The notes: a model not told the origin generated them from the letters alone. 61,860 nt of DNA from Candidatus Thorarchaeota archaeon (GCA_016839275.1 JAEOUM010000117.1:1-61860); one strand, 5' to 3'; positions 45,537 to 56,022 are shown, counted from the first letter of the stretch. A program made the numbers and translations.

Positions 45537-46701
45537 TACTTTTTGGCTTTAATCCAATTATTTCAGTGATAGTGTCATAATGAGTTCTCATCACTCTTGA
45601 TTTTGAAACTCCTGTTAATTTCGACAAACCTGATAAAACGTCTGACCGTTTGTCTTTTGATCTATTTCCCTGCCAAATTAGAAGTGGCCATGTAGGTTGA
45701 GAATAGCTGACCTTTCGATATGGAGTTATGTTTCTGCTCCCAGCAACACCAGTTGCAAGAAAATCATAGACATATGAGAGTAGTTTCCAATTCTGGTCTC
45801 TCATAATTCTCCCCAAAGCTAAATCTGCAAGTGAAAGTCCATCGAAACCATCACTCAATTCCTTCTGAGAGAGTAGATGCAGGTGTAGATTCTCTTCTAA
45901 CCACAATACTAACTCATCATGGTCAAGCTCAGATTCGGATAATATTCTTCGCGCAGTTTCTGCATCTGTTGTCATGAACACTCTTCGAAGTGTTTCTTCA
46001 GTTCCACGTCGAACATCTCTAATTGCGGCTTCGGTAGATGTATCTATTGTACCCCTTTTTACATAGGACTCGAGGTCTGAGATAGCAGCTCGAAGGTCCC
46101 CACCTGAGTTTTCTGCAATCTGATTGATTATTTCTTGTGAAACTTTAGCTTTGTTTTGTTTTGCTATTCGGAGAAGCACGGTAGTTATGTTTTCATTAGC
46201 AATTTGCTCAAAGGAAAATACTTGCGATATTTTATACAAGTCCTTAAGTCGTGGACTATTTGGGTCATTTGCAGTCATCACGATTGGATGGACTGATTCT
46301 TGAATCACTTTTACAATCGCACCAACACCGCCTCTATCACTCGTACCAGAGAGACCATCTACTTCATCTAAGAGAATTATTCTAAATCGTCCATCAAGAG
46401 TTTGCTGTGAAGCAGCTCTCCACACAAGGGTTTCAATACTATCTTTGTTTCTTTTATCACTTGAATTAAATTCGACAAGTTCCATATCTAATTCATTGGA
46501 CAACGCACCAACAGTAGCAGTCTTTCCAATACCTGGCGGTCCAATCAGTAGAGCGGCATGTTTACTGGGTATGCCTTTCTTCCAAGACATCACCCAGACC
46601 TTTAATGAAGCAATGGCATCCGGATTACCCACAATGAGTTCCAGATTTCTTGGTCGGTGTTTTTCTGGCCATGGAAGGCTCTCATCACTCATTACTACCA
46701 C
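45472..46701 (-). CDS. rfcL: Replication factor C large subunit
   Basis: WPEKHRP, Walker A GPPGIGKT and Walker B ILLDEVD. 17-nt overlap with rfcS. Confidence 0.85.
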   Translation of the reverse strand: MVVMSDESLPWPEKHRPRNLELIVGNPDAIASLKVWVMSWKKGIPSKHAALLIGPPGIGKTATVGALSNELDMELVEFNSSDKRNKDSIETLVWRAASQQTLDGRFRIILLDEVDGLSGTSDRGGVGAIVKVIQESVHPIVMTANDPNSPRLKDLYKISQVFSFEQIANENITTVLLRIAKQNKAKVSQEIINQIAENSGGDLRAAISDLESYVKRGTIDTSTEAAIRDVRRGTEETLRRVFMTTDAETARRILSESELDHDELVLWLEENLHLHLLSQKELSDGFDGLSLADLALGRIMRDQNWKLLSYVYDFLATGVAGSRNITPYRKVSYSQPTWPLLIWQGNRSKDKRSDVLSGLSKLTGVSKSRVMRTHYDTITEIIGLKPKSITDYANWLSVDKTSLKKRSGQ

Positions 46702-47647
46702 TACCTAATCCCACATGTGCTAAAAGAGCAGTGAGCTGAATTTCTCCGTTCGAACCCTCCCCGATTCTGAACTCGACTTCTGCAATTTGTTCTAGTATGT
46801 CCATTTGAAGCTGATTTGGTAGATTAAGTGTTTGAATCTCCTTATGCATTTGTTTCACTAAATCAACAGGAGAAACACCCTCATGGTAGATTAATGATCT
46901 AAGAGCCTGCAAAGCATCATTGTATCTACCATCACGAGCATCCGTTATCATTGTTTTCACAGTTTCAGGACTAGCTCTACCAGATATTGCATAAACAATC
47001 TTGTCTGTGATTTGTTGGCCAGTTGATGATGCTGCCTGTAAAAGGTTAATCGCAGCTCTCATATCTCCTTCTGTAAGATAGAGTATTGCATCAATTCCTG
47101 TTTGGTGGATTTTGATTTTTTCTAGGTCTGCTATATGTTTCAAACGAGTAGCTATTCCATCATCATCTAATCGCGAAAATCTGAATATTGCACATCTTGA
47201 TTGTATCGGCGGGATTATCCTGCTTGAATAGTTGCAAATCAAAATCATTCTACAAGATTGAGAGTAAGATTCCATAGTCCTTCGAAGAGCATGTTGAGCA
47301 TCAGTAGTCAGATGGTCCGCTTCATCTAGTACAAGAATCTTAAACGGCGCATTGCCTGATGGCATTATTCTTGCAAAGTTCTTTATCTGATTTCTGACAA
47401 CATCAATACCTCTCTCATCACTAGCATTAAGTTCCATGAAGTTACGTTCATAGCTATCTCCAAACAGATCCTTTGCCATTGCCATTGCTGCTGTTGTCTT
47501 ACTAGTTCCTGGTGGACCAGTAAAGAGACAGTGAGGCACTGCTTTATTCTCGACAAACATCACTAGGCTCTTGATAATCTGTTCCTGGCCTATTATACCA
47601 CCAAGAGTGGGTGGTCGGTATTTCTCAGTCCAAAGGTCTAAGTCCAT
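46685..47647 (-). CDS. rfcS: Replication factor C small subunit (no intein)
   Basis: WTEKYRP, GPPGTSKTT, VLDEADHLT and the SRC motif IQSRCAIFRF. ATG at 47645-47647 is preferred. Confidence 0.9.
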   Translation of the reverse strand: MDLDLWTEKYRPPTLGGIIGQEQIIKSLVMFVENKAVPHCLFTGPPGTSKTTAAMAMAKDLFGDSYERNFMELNASDERGIDVVRNQIKNFARIMPSGNAPFKILVLDEADHLTTDAQHALRRTMESYSQSCRMILICNYSSRIIPPIQSRCAIFRFSRLDDDGIATRLKHIADLEKIKIHQTGIDAILYLTEGDMRAAINLLQAASSTGQQITDKIVYAISGRASPETVKTMITDARDGRYNDALQALRSLIYHEGVSPVDLVKQMHKEIQTLNLPNQLQMDILEQIAEVEFRIGEGSNGEIQLTALLAHVGLGSGSNE

Positions 47648-47787
47648 TGTGGATTCCCACCATTTCTTCAATATTTCGACTCGTAATGCTGGATGGTTCA
47701 TGAATTCATTCTTGGTCCCTTAAAAGGTTCGTCAGAGACTTTAATGTTCAACTCTAGTGAGTAATTGTCTTGAACTTTTTAATCACT

Positions 47788-48408
47788 ATGACTCAAAATA
47801 GTAGAGCAAGGTCTTTATTTCATCTGGGATTCACAAATGTGTGTTCAGCCATGAGATTATCTGTTGATTCCAAAGAGGCAATTAAGAGATTTAAGATGTT
47901 ATTTCTTAATGAAGTTCGAGAATGCATTTTTCTAAAACCAACACCTGAGTTTACTGTGACTGGACAAAAATTTGGTCCCTTCCAGAAAGGTGATCGCTCA
48001 GACGTTCCAAATTGGGTTATTGAAAATCTAATCAAGAACGAGTATGTCGATATTGCTCCAGAGGATGCCTATGAATCATTGCGACGGCTCCAAAACCTCT
48101 ATCGTGAAGAGGAGAAACATCCTCATAAATTTCAATCATTCCAACCTTTTCTCTATGCCGCCACAGCTAGGAAAACACTACGTCTACAGAGTGACAAAAC
48201 ATCGATGGGTCCTCGTGAGTATGAAGATATCGAGAAGCTTCACAAAATAATCCCCTTTCTCGTTGAAACAAGGCTTTCGAAGATACTACGCGTTGCGAAA
48301 TCCGGTGCGTTTCAAGAAAAGAAGCAACAGATGGCCCTTGAGGAGAGATGGCTATGTGAGGAGCTTGCGGAGTTACTCTCTGGATGGCGCCAAAACATAA
48401 TGGAGTAG
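47788..48408 (+). CDS. GINS complex subunit (Gins51/Sld5-Psf1-like)
   Basis: B-domain-like GPFQKGDRSDVPNWVIENLIKNEYV followed by a helical A-domain (LQNLYREE...LVETRLSKIL). Position directly upstream of mcm supports the call. The start codon is uncertain. Confidence 0.55.
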   Translation: MTQNSRARSLFHLGFTNVCSAMRLSVDSKEAIKRFKMLFLNEVRECIFLKPTPEFTVTGQKFGPFQKGDRSDVPNWVIENLIKNEYVDIAPEDAYESLRRLQNLYREEEKHPHKFQSFQPFLYAATARKTLRLQSDKTSMGPREYEDIEKLHKIIPFLVETRLSKILRVAKSGAFQEKKQQMALEERWLCEELAELLSGWRQNIME

Positions 48409-48501
48409 GCTGTGTGTATTAGTGCCCTTAAATACAAACCCTGAAGAACTAGGAGTCTGAAAAAAAAATGCAACAGCGCGCCTTGCTATCTATCGAGGCT
48501 G

Positions 48502-50577
48502 ATGATTATGTCAAGCTATGATGAATCCCAAGAACGGTTTGAGGAGTTCCTTAGAACCTATAAGGATGATCAAGGTAACCTTACATATTGGACACGTGTC
48601 CAACAAATGTCAATTAATGAAGAAACATCCATACCTATTGACTATCAAGAACTAATTAGTTTTGACAACGTGTTTTTAACTCTCGCCGCTGAAAATCCTC
48701 AAAAGTTCATTGATATTGTTAATGCAGCACTTGTTTCTGTTCTAAGAGTAGAAGATCCAGACTACATAAGCAGTCTTGATACTACTGTGATTAAAGCAAG
48801 GATTACTAACTATACTGATCACATAGCTTTACGGGCTATTCGATCCAAACATATTGGGAAGCTAGTCCATGTGAGCGGTATTATGATGCGGGCAAGTGAA
48901 GTAAAACCACTATTAGTACAGGCTATGTTTCAGTGTAGAATTTGTGATGAAAAAATCCCGCAGACGCAAGAAGAGGGAAGATATACAGAACCTGCACGAT
49001 GCCCCCTTTGTGATAAAAAAACCCCAATGCGATTGCTTCCACACGAATCTCAATTTCGTGATTGGCAAAAAGTGCGTATTCAAGAGTCGCCGGATGAACT
49101 ACCCCCCGGTCAGATGCCACGGTCCGTCGATATAATTCTAGAGGGAGAAGACATCGTGGACAAATCCCGACCAGGTGACCTTGTAAAGGTCACTGGAGTG
49201 CTTCAAACAACGCCTGATTTCTCAAGGAGAGGGGGAAAGCTTGCTACTTTCAATGTATTCATCGAAGCAAACGGCGTAGAAATATCTGAGAAGGAGTACG
49301 AACAGCTTGATTTGTCTGAAGAGGATATGAAACAAATTCAAGAATTCTCAGAGGATCCATATGTTCATGAAAGGATTGTAGCATCTATTGCTCCATCAAT
49401 ACAAGGACATCTATCCATCAAAGAGTCTATTGCATTATTACTCTTTGGCGGTGTTGGGAAGACACTACCTGATGGAACACGCCTAAGAGGTAAATCCAAT
49501 ATACTACTTATTGGCGACCCTGGAACTGGAAAAAGTCAGATTCTGAAATTTGTAGCAGGACTTGCTGCCCGAGGTCTCTATACCTCTGGGAAAGGAACGA
49601 CAGCCGCGGGTCTAACTGCTGCAGTCATACATGATACCGAATCCGGTGCTATGACGCTTGAGGCTGGTGCATTGGTATTATCGGACCAGGGAATTGCTTG
49701 TATTGATGAATTCGATAAGATGGACTCTAACGATCGAACTGCCATTCATGAGGCTATGGAGCAGCACACAGTCAGTATTGCTAAAGCTGGAATTATTGCA
49801 ACACTAAATGCAAGAACATCAATCCTTGCAGCTGCAAATCCGGTTTATGGCCGTTACAACATCGCAGAAACTCCCATCAAAAACACTGATTTGCCTTTCA
49901 CAATTTTATCGCGGTTTGACCTGATTTGGATTATGATTGATACAATTAATGAAGAAAGTGACCGTGAAATAGCGCAGTTTATTCTCAATATGCACCAGAC
50001 GAAGAAGCCTAAAAGTGATACAGCAATGCCTCCTGTTACACCCATTTTTCTGAAGAAATACATTGGCTATGCAAATCGCTATGTGATTCCACAGCTTACT
50101 GTTGAGGCTGTGGAAGAGATTGAGAACTTTTACGTTGATTTCAGAAAAAATGCTGAGGGTGGTGATACGGTCCCAATCACCGCACGACAACTAGAGTCTC
50201 TTGTACGTCTAGCAGAAGCACGTGCAAAGATGGCTTTGCGCTCCCAGGTTACAAAGGAGGATGCTCAGGCTGCAGTTCGATTGATGTACGAGTCACTTCA
50301 TATGGTCGCACTTGATAGAACTACTGGCAAGATTGACATAGATCGTCTTGTTTCTTCGATGAGCGCTGATCAAAGAGGTTCTGTTAACAAGATAATGAGC
50401 GCACTTCATGATCTTGATCCCGATGGGACTTCGTCTGTTGACCGAGATGTATTAGTGCAGAAAGCCGTTTCCATGGGTCTTGCAAAGGAAAAGGTAGAGG
50501 AGATGATTGACAAGCTCCTAACTGATGGTACTCTCTTTGCTCCCAGAGATGGGAAAATTAGGGAAGCCAAAAGATAG
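48502..50577 (+). CDS. mcm: Minichromosome maintenance helicase MCM (no intein)
   Basis: Zinc finger CRICDEK...CPLCDK. Walker A GDPGTGKSQ and Walker B CIDEFDKM. Arg finger SRFDL. C-terminal winged helix. Confidence 0.95.
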   Translation: MIMSSYDESQERFEEFLRTYKDDQGNLTYWTRVQQMSINEETSIPIDYQELISFDNVFLTLAAENPQKFIDIVNAALVSVLRVEDPDYISSLDTTVIKARITNYTDHIALRAIRSKHIGKLVHVSGIMMRASEVKPLLVQAMFQCRICDEKIPQTQEEGRYTEPARCPLCDKKTPMRLLPHESQFRDWQKVRIQESPDELPPGQMPRSVDIILEGEDIVDKSRPGDLVKVTGVLQTTPDFSRRGGKLATFNVFIEANGVEISEKEYEQLDLSEEDMKQIQEFSEDPYVHERIVASIAPSIQGHLSIKESIALLLFGGVGKTLPDGTRLRGKSNILLIGDPGTGKSQILKFVAGLAARGLYTSGKGTTAAGLTAAVIHDTESGAMTLEAGALVLSDQGIACIDEFDKMDSNDRTAIHEAMEQHTVSIAKAGIIATLNARTSILAAANPVYGRYNIAETPIKNTDLPFTILSRFDLIWIMIDTINEESDREIAQFILNMHQTKKPKSDTAMPPVTPIFLKKYIGYANRYVIPQLTVEAVEEIENFYVDFRKNAEGGDTVPITARQLESLVRLAEARAKMALRSQVTKEDAQAAVRLMYESLHMVALDRTTGKIDIDRLVSSMSADQRGSVNKIMSALHDLDPDGTSSVDRDVLVQKAVSMGLAKEKVEEMIDKLLTDGTLFAPRDGKIREAKR

Positions 50578-50612
50578 GCCATTCAGTATCAAAATCAGAA
50601 GTGGGGAATCAT

Positions 50613-52850
50613 ATGGTACGCCTAGAGGAGCTCGACATCAATAAAAAGGTGATAAGTCTCCTTCAGAATCTTGGCGTCACTAAGCTTTTCCCTCCTCAGG
50701 TAAGTGCATTTGAAACAGGAGTATTACAAGGCAATAACCTCGTTTTAGCCATCCCTACTAGTTCTGGAAAGACACTAGTTGCTGAAGTGTGCATGTTAAA
50801 AGCAATTCTTGATGGTCGTGGTAAGGCGCTTTATCTTGTTCCTCTGAAGTCTCTTGCAAGGGAGAAGTATGATGACTTCAAGAAGTATGAAACATTAGGC
50901 ATCACTGTAGCAATGTCTGTTGGGGATTATGATTCTCCAGGCACGAAACTACGTGAAGCTGACATTGTAGTAATGACGACAGAACGAGCGGACTCAATAG
51001 TTCGACATAAGGTTGATTGGATTAATGAAATCGGGATAATTATAGTGGATGAGATTCATCTAATCAATGACACTTCTCGAGGTCCCACACTAGAGATGGT
51101 TCTTGCTAAGCTAATTCAAATGATAAAAGTGCAGATTATTGCATTAAGTGCAACAATTTCAAATGCTGATGAAATTGCAGATTGGCTTGACGCAGAACTT
51201 GTAAAGAGTACTTGGAGACCTGTACCGCTTAGTGAGGGTGTCTATCTTGAGGGTGAAATCGATATCTTTGAAGAAGGAAGATATGAGAAAAAATCAACAA
51301 GGCAGATTCCACGAAAGTATAAAGATGAAGTGACTGATATCGTATGTGACACCCTTGATGAAAATGGACAAGTGCTTCTTTTTGTATCAAGTAGAAAATC
51401 TACCATAGCAATGGCAAAACGACTTGCCCCTTCACTTCGGAAATATCTCTCTAGAGATTCAATAGAAGATTTATTGCGCATTGCTAAAAAGATAGGAAAA
51501 ACTCCTTCGTCACCAGATGAATCCAAAACGCTTGCTAAGTTGATCTCAGAAGGTGTGGCGTTCCATCATGCTGGTCTCGATAATCAGGAACGTGCTCTTG
51601 TAGAAGATGCGTTCAAAGACAATCTACTAAAAGTCGTGGTTGCCACCCCTACGCTCGCAGCAGGTGTGAATCTTCCAGCAAGACGTGTAATCATTCGTGA
51701 TTATCGAAGATTTGAGCAAAACCGTGGAAGTTACCCAATACCAATTCTTGAATACAAACAAATGGCAGGACGCGCAGGAAGACCCAAATATGACCAGTAT
51801 GGCGAAGCACTTCTTATAGCAAGGTCAGAATCAGAGAAAGACGCTTTAATTGAGCATTATACATTATCAGATCCTGAGGAGATTTACTCTAGACTTGCAT
51901 CACCCACTGCAATAAGGTCGCATCTTCTTGCTTCAATAGCTGCAGAATTGACACGCACATACCCAGAGATTGATGCTCTTATATCGAAAACATTCTATGC
52001 ATGCCAAAACAATCAGAAGAATATTACCCATCATGTTGAATCAGCTTTAGTCTTTCTAGAGGACGGAAAACTGATTGAAATCTCACCAGCTGGCAAGTAT
52101 GTTGCAACTCCTCTTGGGCGGCGGACATCACAGCTCTATATTGATCCTCAGACTGCAATTTTGTTTCGTGATGTCCTAGCACAGACTGATGAGCATACTC
52201 AATTAGGTATGCTACATATGATATGCCACACACCAGACCAACCCGTGACATATGTTTCAAGGACAGAGCTTGAAGAATATGAGGTCTTTGTAGATGACAA
52301 CTCAAATGAGTTCTTAATCGAACCTCCTGATATAGAAGAAGAACACTATGTAGATTTCCTAGGAGAGGTCAAGACTGCACGATTACTAAGTGAGTGGATA
52401 TCAGAATCCACTGACAGGGATATTACAGAGAGATACGGTGTTGGTATGGGCGATGTCCACAGATTTGTACAATCTGCAGAGTGGTTGACTTACTCTGCAT
52501 CAGAGATTGCGAGAATCATCAATAAACCAACTCACATTCCTTTGTTGCACAGTCTTCGTTCTAGACTCAAATATGGTGTACGTCCCGATCTCCTAGAACT
52601 TGTGAATCTTCGTGGAATTGGTAGAATACGAGGGAGAATGATTCATAATCAAGGTCTCAGAAACCTTACTGATTTGTATCATGTGCCAATCAATGATCTA
52701 GCAAGAATCCCAACTATTGGTAGAGCAATAGCAGAATCAATAAAGAAGCAACTCGGTGCTGATTTTCCATCATCACCAACTTCTATTGATGACTCTACAG
52801 ATGATGAGGATTTAGGATCAATACAGACATTACTTGAGGACTTCACTTAG
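50613..52850 (+). CDS. hel308: Hel308/Hjm (Ski2-like) DNA helicase
   Basis: Motif I PTSSGKT, DEIH box and motif VI QMAGRAGR. C-terminal helix-hairpin-helix LVNLRGIGRIRG. Confidence 0.9.
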   Translation: MVRLEELDINKKVISLLQNLGVTKLFPPQVSAFETGVLQGNNLVLAIPTSSGKTLVAEVCMLKAILDGRGKALYLVPLKSLAREKYDDFKKYETLGITVAMSVGDYDSPGTKLREADIVVMTTERADSIVRHKVDWINEIGIIIVDEIHLINDTSRGPTLEMVLAKLIQMIKVQIIALSATISNADEIADWLDAELVKSTWRPVPLSEGVYLEGEIDIFEEGRYEKKSTRQIPRKYKDEVTDIVCDTLDENGQVLLFVSSRKSTIAMAKRLAPSLRKYLSRDSIEDLLRIAKKIGKTPSSPDESKTLAKLISEGVAFHHAGLDNQERALVEDAFKDNLLKVVVATPTLAAGVNLPARRVIIRDYRRFEQNRGSYPIPILEYKQMAGRAGRPKYDQYGEALLIARSESEKDALIEHYTLSDPEEIYSRLASPTAIRSHLLASIAAELTRTYPEIDALISKTFYACQNNQKNITHHVESALVFLEDGKLIEISPAGKYVATPLGRRTSQLYIDPQTAILFRDVLAQTDEHTQLGMLHMICHTPDQPVTYVSRTELEEYEVFVDDNSNEFLIEPPDIEEEHYVDFLGEVKTARLLSEWISESTDRDITERYGVGMGDVHRFVQSAEWLTYSASEIARIINKPTHIPLLHSLRSRLKYGVRPDLLELVNLRGIGRIRGRMIHNQGLRNLTDLYHVPINDLARIPTIGRAIAESIKKQLGADFPSSPTSIDDSTDDEDLGSIQTLLEDFT

Positions 52851-53894
52851 TAATGGTGCGGCTTTGAGAGTATGTGCAATCAAGGTCTTTGTGTACTCGG
52901 TACATGGTTCGCTTTCTGAATATGAGTCAGTGAATTCGGTGATTGGAATTCCCATCAGTTCTTCAAGCACATTGAGTGACCCCATACCCATTGCATCAAG
53001 GTCGTATCCGCCCTCTAGGAAATAGGCTAGTTTTCCTGAAGCATGAGTTGCTGCAATTCTCTTAAGTCTTGCATTTATCATGGCAATACCTGAGGTTGTT
53101 AAACCAAGTGATGTGAGGGGATCTTGATAATGGCAGTCAAAGCCTACAGATATAAGAATAAACTCGGGTTTGAACACATCAGCTAGGGGTTCAATAATAT
53201 CAGTAAAAGCCAACTCGTATGATACATCACCAGCACCTGGATACATAGCTAAATTAACAGTATAACCAAAACCTGACCCTGTCCCCATCTCGTTCGGAAA
53301 ACCTGAACCTGGAAAAAGAGTCCTTCCGTCCTGATGTAGACCAACATATAGCACTTGGTTCGAAGAATAGAACGTATTTTGAGTGCCGTTTCCATGATGC
53401 GCGTCATAGTCTATTATCATCACACGATTTATCCCACGGGTTTGCACAAGATGATTCGCTGCCACTGCAATATTATTGATAAAACAGAATCCAAATGCGC
53501 GTTCATACTCCGCATGATGCCCTGGAGGTCTGCATAAAACAAATGCATTATTCGATTTTCCTTCCATTATTCTATTTACTGCTTCAATTCCTCCTCCAGC
53601 TGCTGTTATTGCAGCTTCATACGTATGTGAATTAACAGCTGTGTCAAGGGTATAGAAACCACCACCTTTGGATGATTTTTCTTTGATGCCATCAAGGTAC
53701 GCCTTTCCATGAATCTTGTAGACTTCATCCATATCTGCAGGAACTGGAGTCAAGAGATTCAAACGAGAGTCTTCAAGACAACCTGCATTCCTGATATAGG
53801 TCATAGCACTTCTTAGTCTATCAGGGCTCTCAGGATGTCCAAATGACATTTCATGCTTGGTAAACACTTCATGGTATACAAGATCCGTAACCAA
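52830..53894 (-). CDS. Histone deacetylase / acetoin-utilization (arginase-deacetylase superfamily) protein
   Basis: RPPGHHAEYERAFGFCFINN, IIDYDAHHGNGTQ and LEGGY. Confidence 0.85.
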   Translation of the reverse strand: MVTDLVYHEVFTKHEMSFGHPESPDRLRSAMTYIRNAGCLEDSRLNLLTPVPADMDEVYKIHGKAYLDGIKEKSSKGGGFYTLDTAVNSHTYEAAITAAGGGIEAVNRIMEGKSNNAFVLCRPPGHHAEYERAFGFCFINNIAVAANHLVQTRGINRVMIIDYDAHHGNGTQNTFYSSNQVLYVGLHQDGRTLFPGSGFPNEMGTGSGFGYTVNLAMYPGAGDVSYELAFTDIIEPLADVFKPEFILISVGFDCHYQDPLTSLGLTTSGIAMINARLKRIAATHASGKLAYFLEGGYDLDAMGMGSLNVLEELMGIPITEFTDSYSESEPCTEYTKTLIAHTLKAAPLLSEVLK

Positions 53895-53979
53895 TGACTT
53901 GTTCCTCCCTCTTTAGATATAGGCTTCATAGAGTTGGTCACAACCAACAGATAAGTCTGAAGTTTTGATTTGATTTTTA

Positions 53980-53991
53980 GAACACGTGTTC
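53980..53991. promoter_or_regulatory. Perfect 12-bp palindrome GAACACGTGTTC (copy 5)
   Basis: Read directly. About 86 nt upstream of the deacetylase start and 60 nt upstream of tRNA-Pro. Confidence 0.55.
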
Positions 53992-54050
53992 CTAATTTAT
54001 CGCTGTGAGGCAATCTTTATTTTGAATGCAGATACCGACAACGTTAGCAT

Positions 54051-54187
54051 GGGTCGGTAGTCTAGCTTGGTATGATTCTTGCTTGGGGCGACTGAGGAAA
54101 TCACGCCTCGAGTCACAGAATGCAAGAGACCGGGAGTTCAAACGACCTGGGAGAACCCTGTCGGAACAAGTCTCCCCCGGCCCACCA
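54051..54187 (+). tRNA. tRNA-Pro(GGG) with two introns (about 32 nt at 37/38 and about 28 nt in the T-loop); CCA is encoded
   Basis: GGGTCGG-TA-GTCT-AGCTTGGTA-TGAT-T-CTTGC-TTGGGG-[~32 nt]-T-GCAAG-AGACC-GGGAG-TTCAAA-[~28 nt]-T-CTCCC-CCGGCCC-A-CCA. 137 nt in total versus about 77 nt mature. Confidence 0.7.
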
Positions 54188-54210
54188 CTTCTATCTTCAT
54201 AATACGCATA

Positions 54211-54768
54211 CTAGATCATCCAAAGAGTGTCATAGATTGGACCAGATGATGTTAATGTACTCTTTTTCATGCTAATCGATTTTACTGTCATGTTTCCTAC
54301 AGGTTCATTGGCCAATTCCTCAAGATTACTGAAAATCTGGCTGGCATCTTTAATACTGCGAACTCGCGCGATGGTGGCATGAGGCGTGAACTTCGTCTTT
54401 TCAACTTCATATCCAATTTCTCTCAAGAGATTATCAATTCTTAATTTTAAATCGATAATCAGCTGTGAGTTATCTGAAACGCCTATCCAAATTACTCTTG
54501 GTTTTCGCTTGTTCGGAAAGGCACCGACTCCTACTATCTTTATCTCAAAGGGTGTAATTTTGATTTCTTTCAAGCAATCCTGTATCTGATTTATTCTTGC
54601 AATTGGAGTATCGCCAAAGAACCGAATTGTGAAATGTATGTTGTCAGGCTCTACCAGCTTCATCTTGGCTCCCTGAGGATTCAATTTCTGTTGAATCTGA
54701 AGAATACGAGATAATAAAGCACGCTCTTCAATATCGATACTGAGAAACACTCTGACAACTGCATTCAT
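54211..54768 (-). CDS. thpR: RNA 2',3'-cyclic phosphodiesterase (2H family, LigT/ThpR)
   Basis: Two H-x-T/S motifs: HFTIRF and HATIAR. Confidence 0.8.
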   Translation of the reverse strand: MNAVVRVFLSIDIEERALLSRILQIQQKLNPQGAKMKLVEPDNIHFTIRFFGDTPIARINQIQDCLKEIKITPFEIKIVGVGAFPNKRKPRVIWIGVSDNSQLIIDLKLRIDNLLREIGYEVEKTKFTPHATIARVRSIKDASQIFSNLEELANEPVGNMTVKSISMKKSTLTSSGPIYDTLWMI

Positions 54769-54873
54769 AGAGTTCACCTTTGTATCTCGACAGGACATAC
54801 CACACTAACAATATTACCATACCGCTGGGATGGTTCTAAGATAACTCTTAAAGGACAACTACTGGACAAAAGT

Positions 54874-56022
54874 GTGGAGACACTCGATAAGTTGACGAAG
54901 CGAAAAGACTCCAGTGTAGAAGTACCTACTTCTTCTAAAGAAACTGCCCAGAAATCAACAAGAAAACGAGGCATCGAAGTTCCTAGTGCACGAAAGTTAG
55001 TACTAAGGGATGTAGGTTACCCTTTTCGAGTGAAGGGCGATCCCAAACCCATGGGACTGGAGGTTGACAGTCTAGAACTATTTGCAGATTATGCAAGAGA
55101 ACAATGGATGGGAACTTTCGTTCAGGAGGGTACCTATCTCTTTGATCGATATATCATGCCAGATTACGCTTTTCAGGTCCAAGAAGTTGAGCCTGAACAA
55201 TCAGTTGTTTCTAAGAGCACGAAAATCATTCTCCAATCCCCAACAGGTTCAACATCAGATGTTAAGACGCGTTCTGTCAATCTTGAGGATGTAATAGGCC
55301 ATGAACAAGTGAAGCAGAAATGCAAGATAATCTTGGAATATCTTCGTCAACCATCGCGGTTTGGTGAATGGGCACCACGAGCTGTACTGTTTCATGGATT
55401 ACCCGGTACAGGGAAGACGATGACAGCTCAGGCTGTAGCAAATGAAGCTGATGCAAGAATATTCTTGGCAAAGGCCTCGGATTTAATCGGTGTCCATGTG
55501 GGAGATGGTGGAAGAAGAATAAGTGCGTTGTTCGATGATGCAAGAAAGCACTCACCAAGCATCATATTCATTGATGAACTTGATGCGATAGGTCTAGCTC
55601 GCTCATTCCAATCAATTCGTGGTGATGTGTCTGAGGTAGTGACTGCCTTACTTGGAGAATTGGACCAAACCAGTGAGGAATCAGGAGTCGTTGTAATCGG
55701 TGCAACTAATGCATTACCTCTTATTGACCCTGCAATCAAGAATAGATTCGATACAGTCTTCGAGTTCTCTCTACCAACAGTTGAAGAGCGCTATGACATT
55801 CTTCGACTATACACTGAGCGGTTGCCGCTCAAACTTGAGGCTGATCTGAAAGAAATTGCTAGGCGAACAGAGGGCCTATCTGGGAGAGACCTTAGAGACC
55901 GTATATTAAAAGAGTCACTTCATACTGCAATTACTGATGGTGCGAGTACTATAACATCTGAAATTGTCCATAGAGTGTTGGATAAAATACAACCAAAGAA
56001 TAGGCCTACGTACACAATCTAA
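54874..56022 (+). CDS. Single-module AAA+ ATPase (CDC48-related) with an N-terminal beta-barrel-like domain
   Basis: Walker A GLPGTGKT and Walker B IIFIDELD. SRH region GATNALPLIDPAIKNRFD. GTG start. Confidence 0.75.
   Translation: METLDKLTKRKDSSVEVPTSSKETAQKSTRKRGIEVPSARKLVLRDVGYPFRVKGDPKPMGLEVDSLELFADYAREQWMGTFVQEGTYLFDRYIMPDYAFQVQEVEPEQSVVSKSTKIILQSPTGSTSDVKTRSVNLEDVIGHEQVKQKCKIILEYLRQPSRFGEWAPRAVLFHGLPGTGKTMTAQAVANEADARIFLAKASDLIGVHVGDGGRRISALFDDARKHSPSIIFIDELDAIGLARSFQSIRGDVSEVVTALLGELDQTSEESGVVVIGATNALPLIDPAIKNRFDTVFEFSLPTVEERYDILRLYTERLPLKLEADLKEIARRTEGLSGRDLRDRILKESLHTAITDGASTITSEIVHRVLDKIQPKNRPTYTI

Noticed and set aside
48590-48601. Palindrome GGACACGTGTCC inside mcm, related to GAACACGTGTTC.
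   Set aside because: It differs at two symmetric positions and is fully explained by the codons W-T-R-V-Q. It is probably coincidental.
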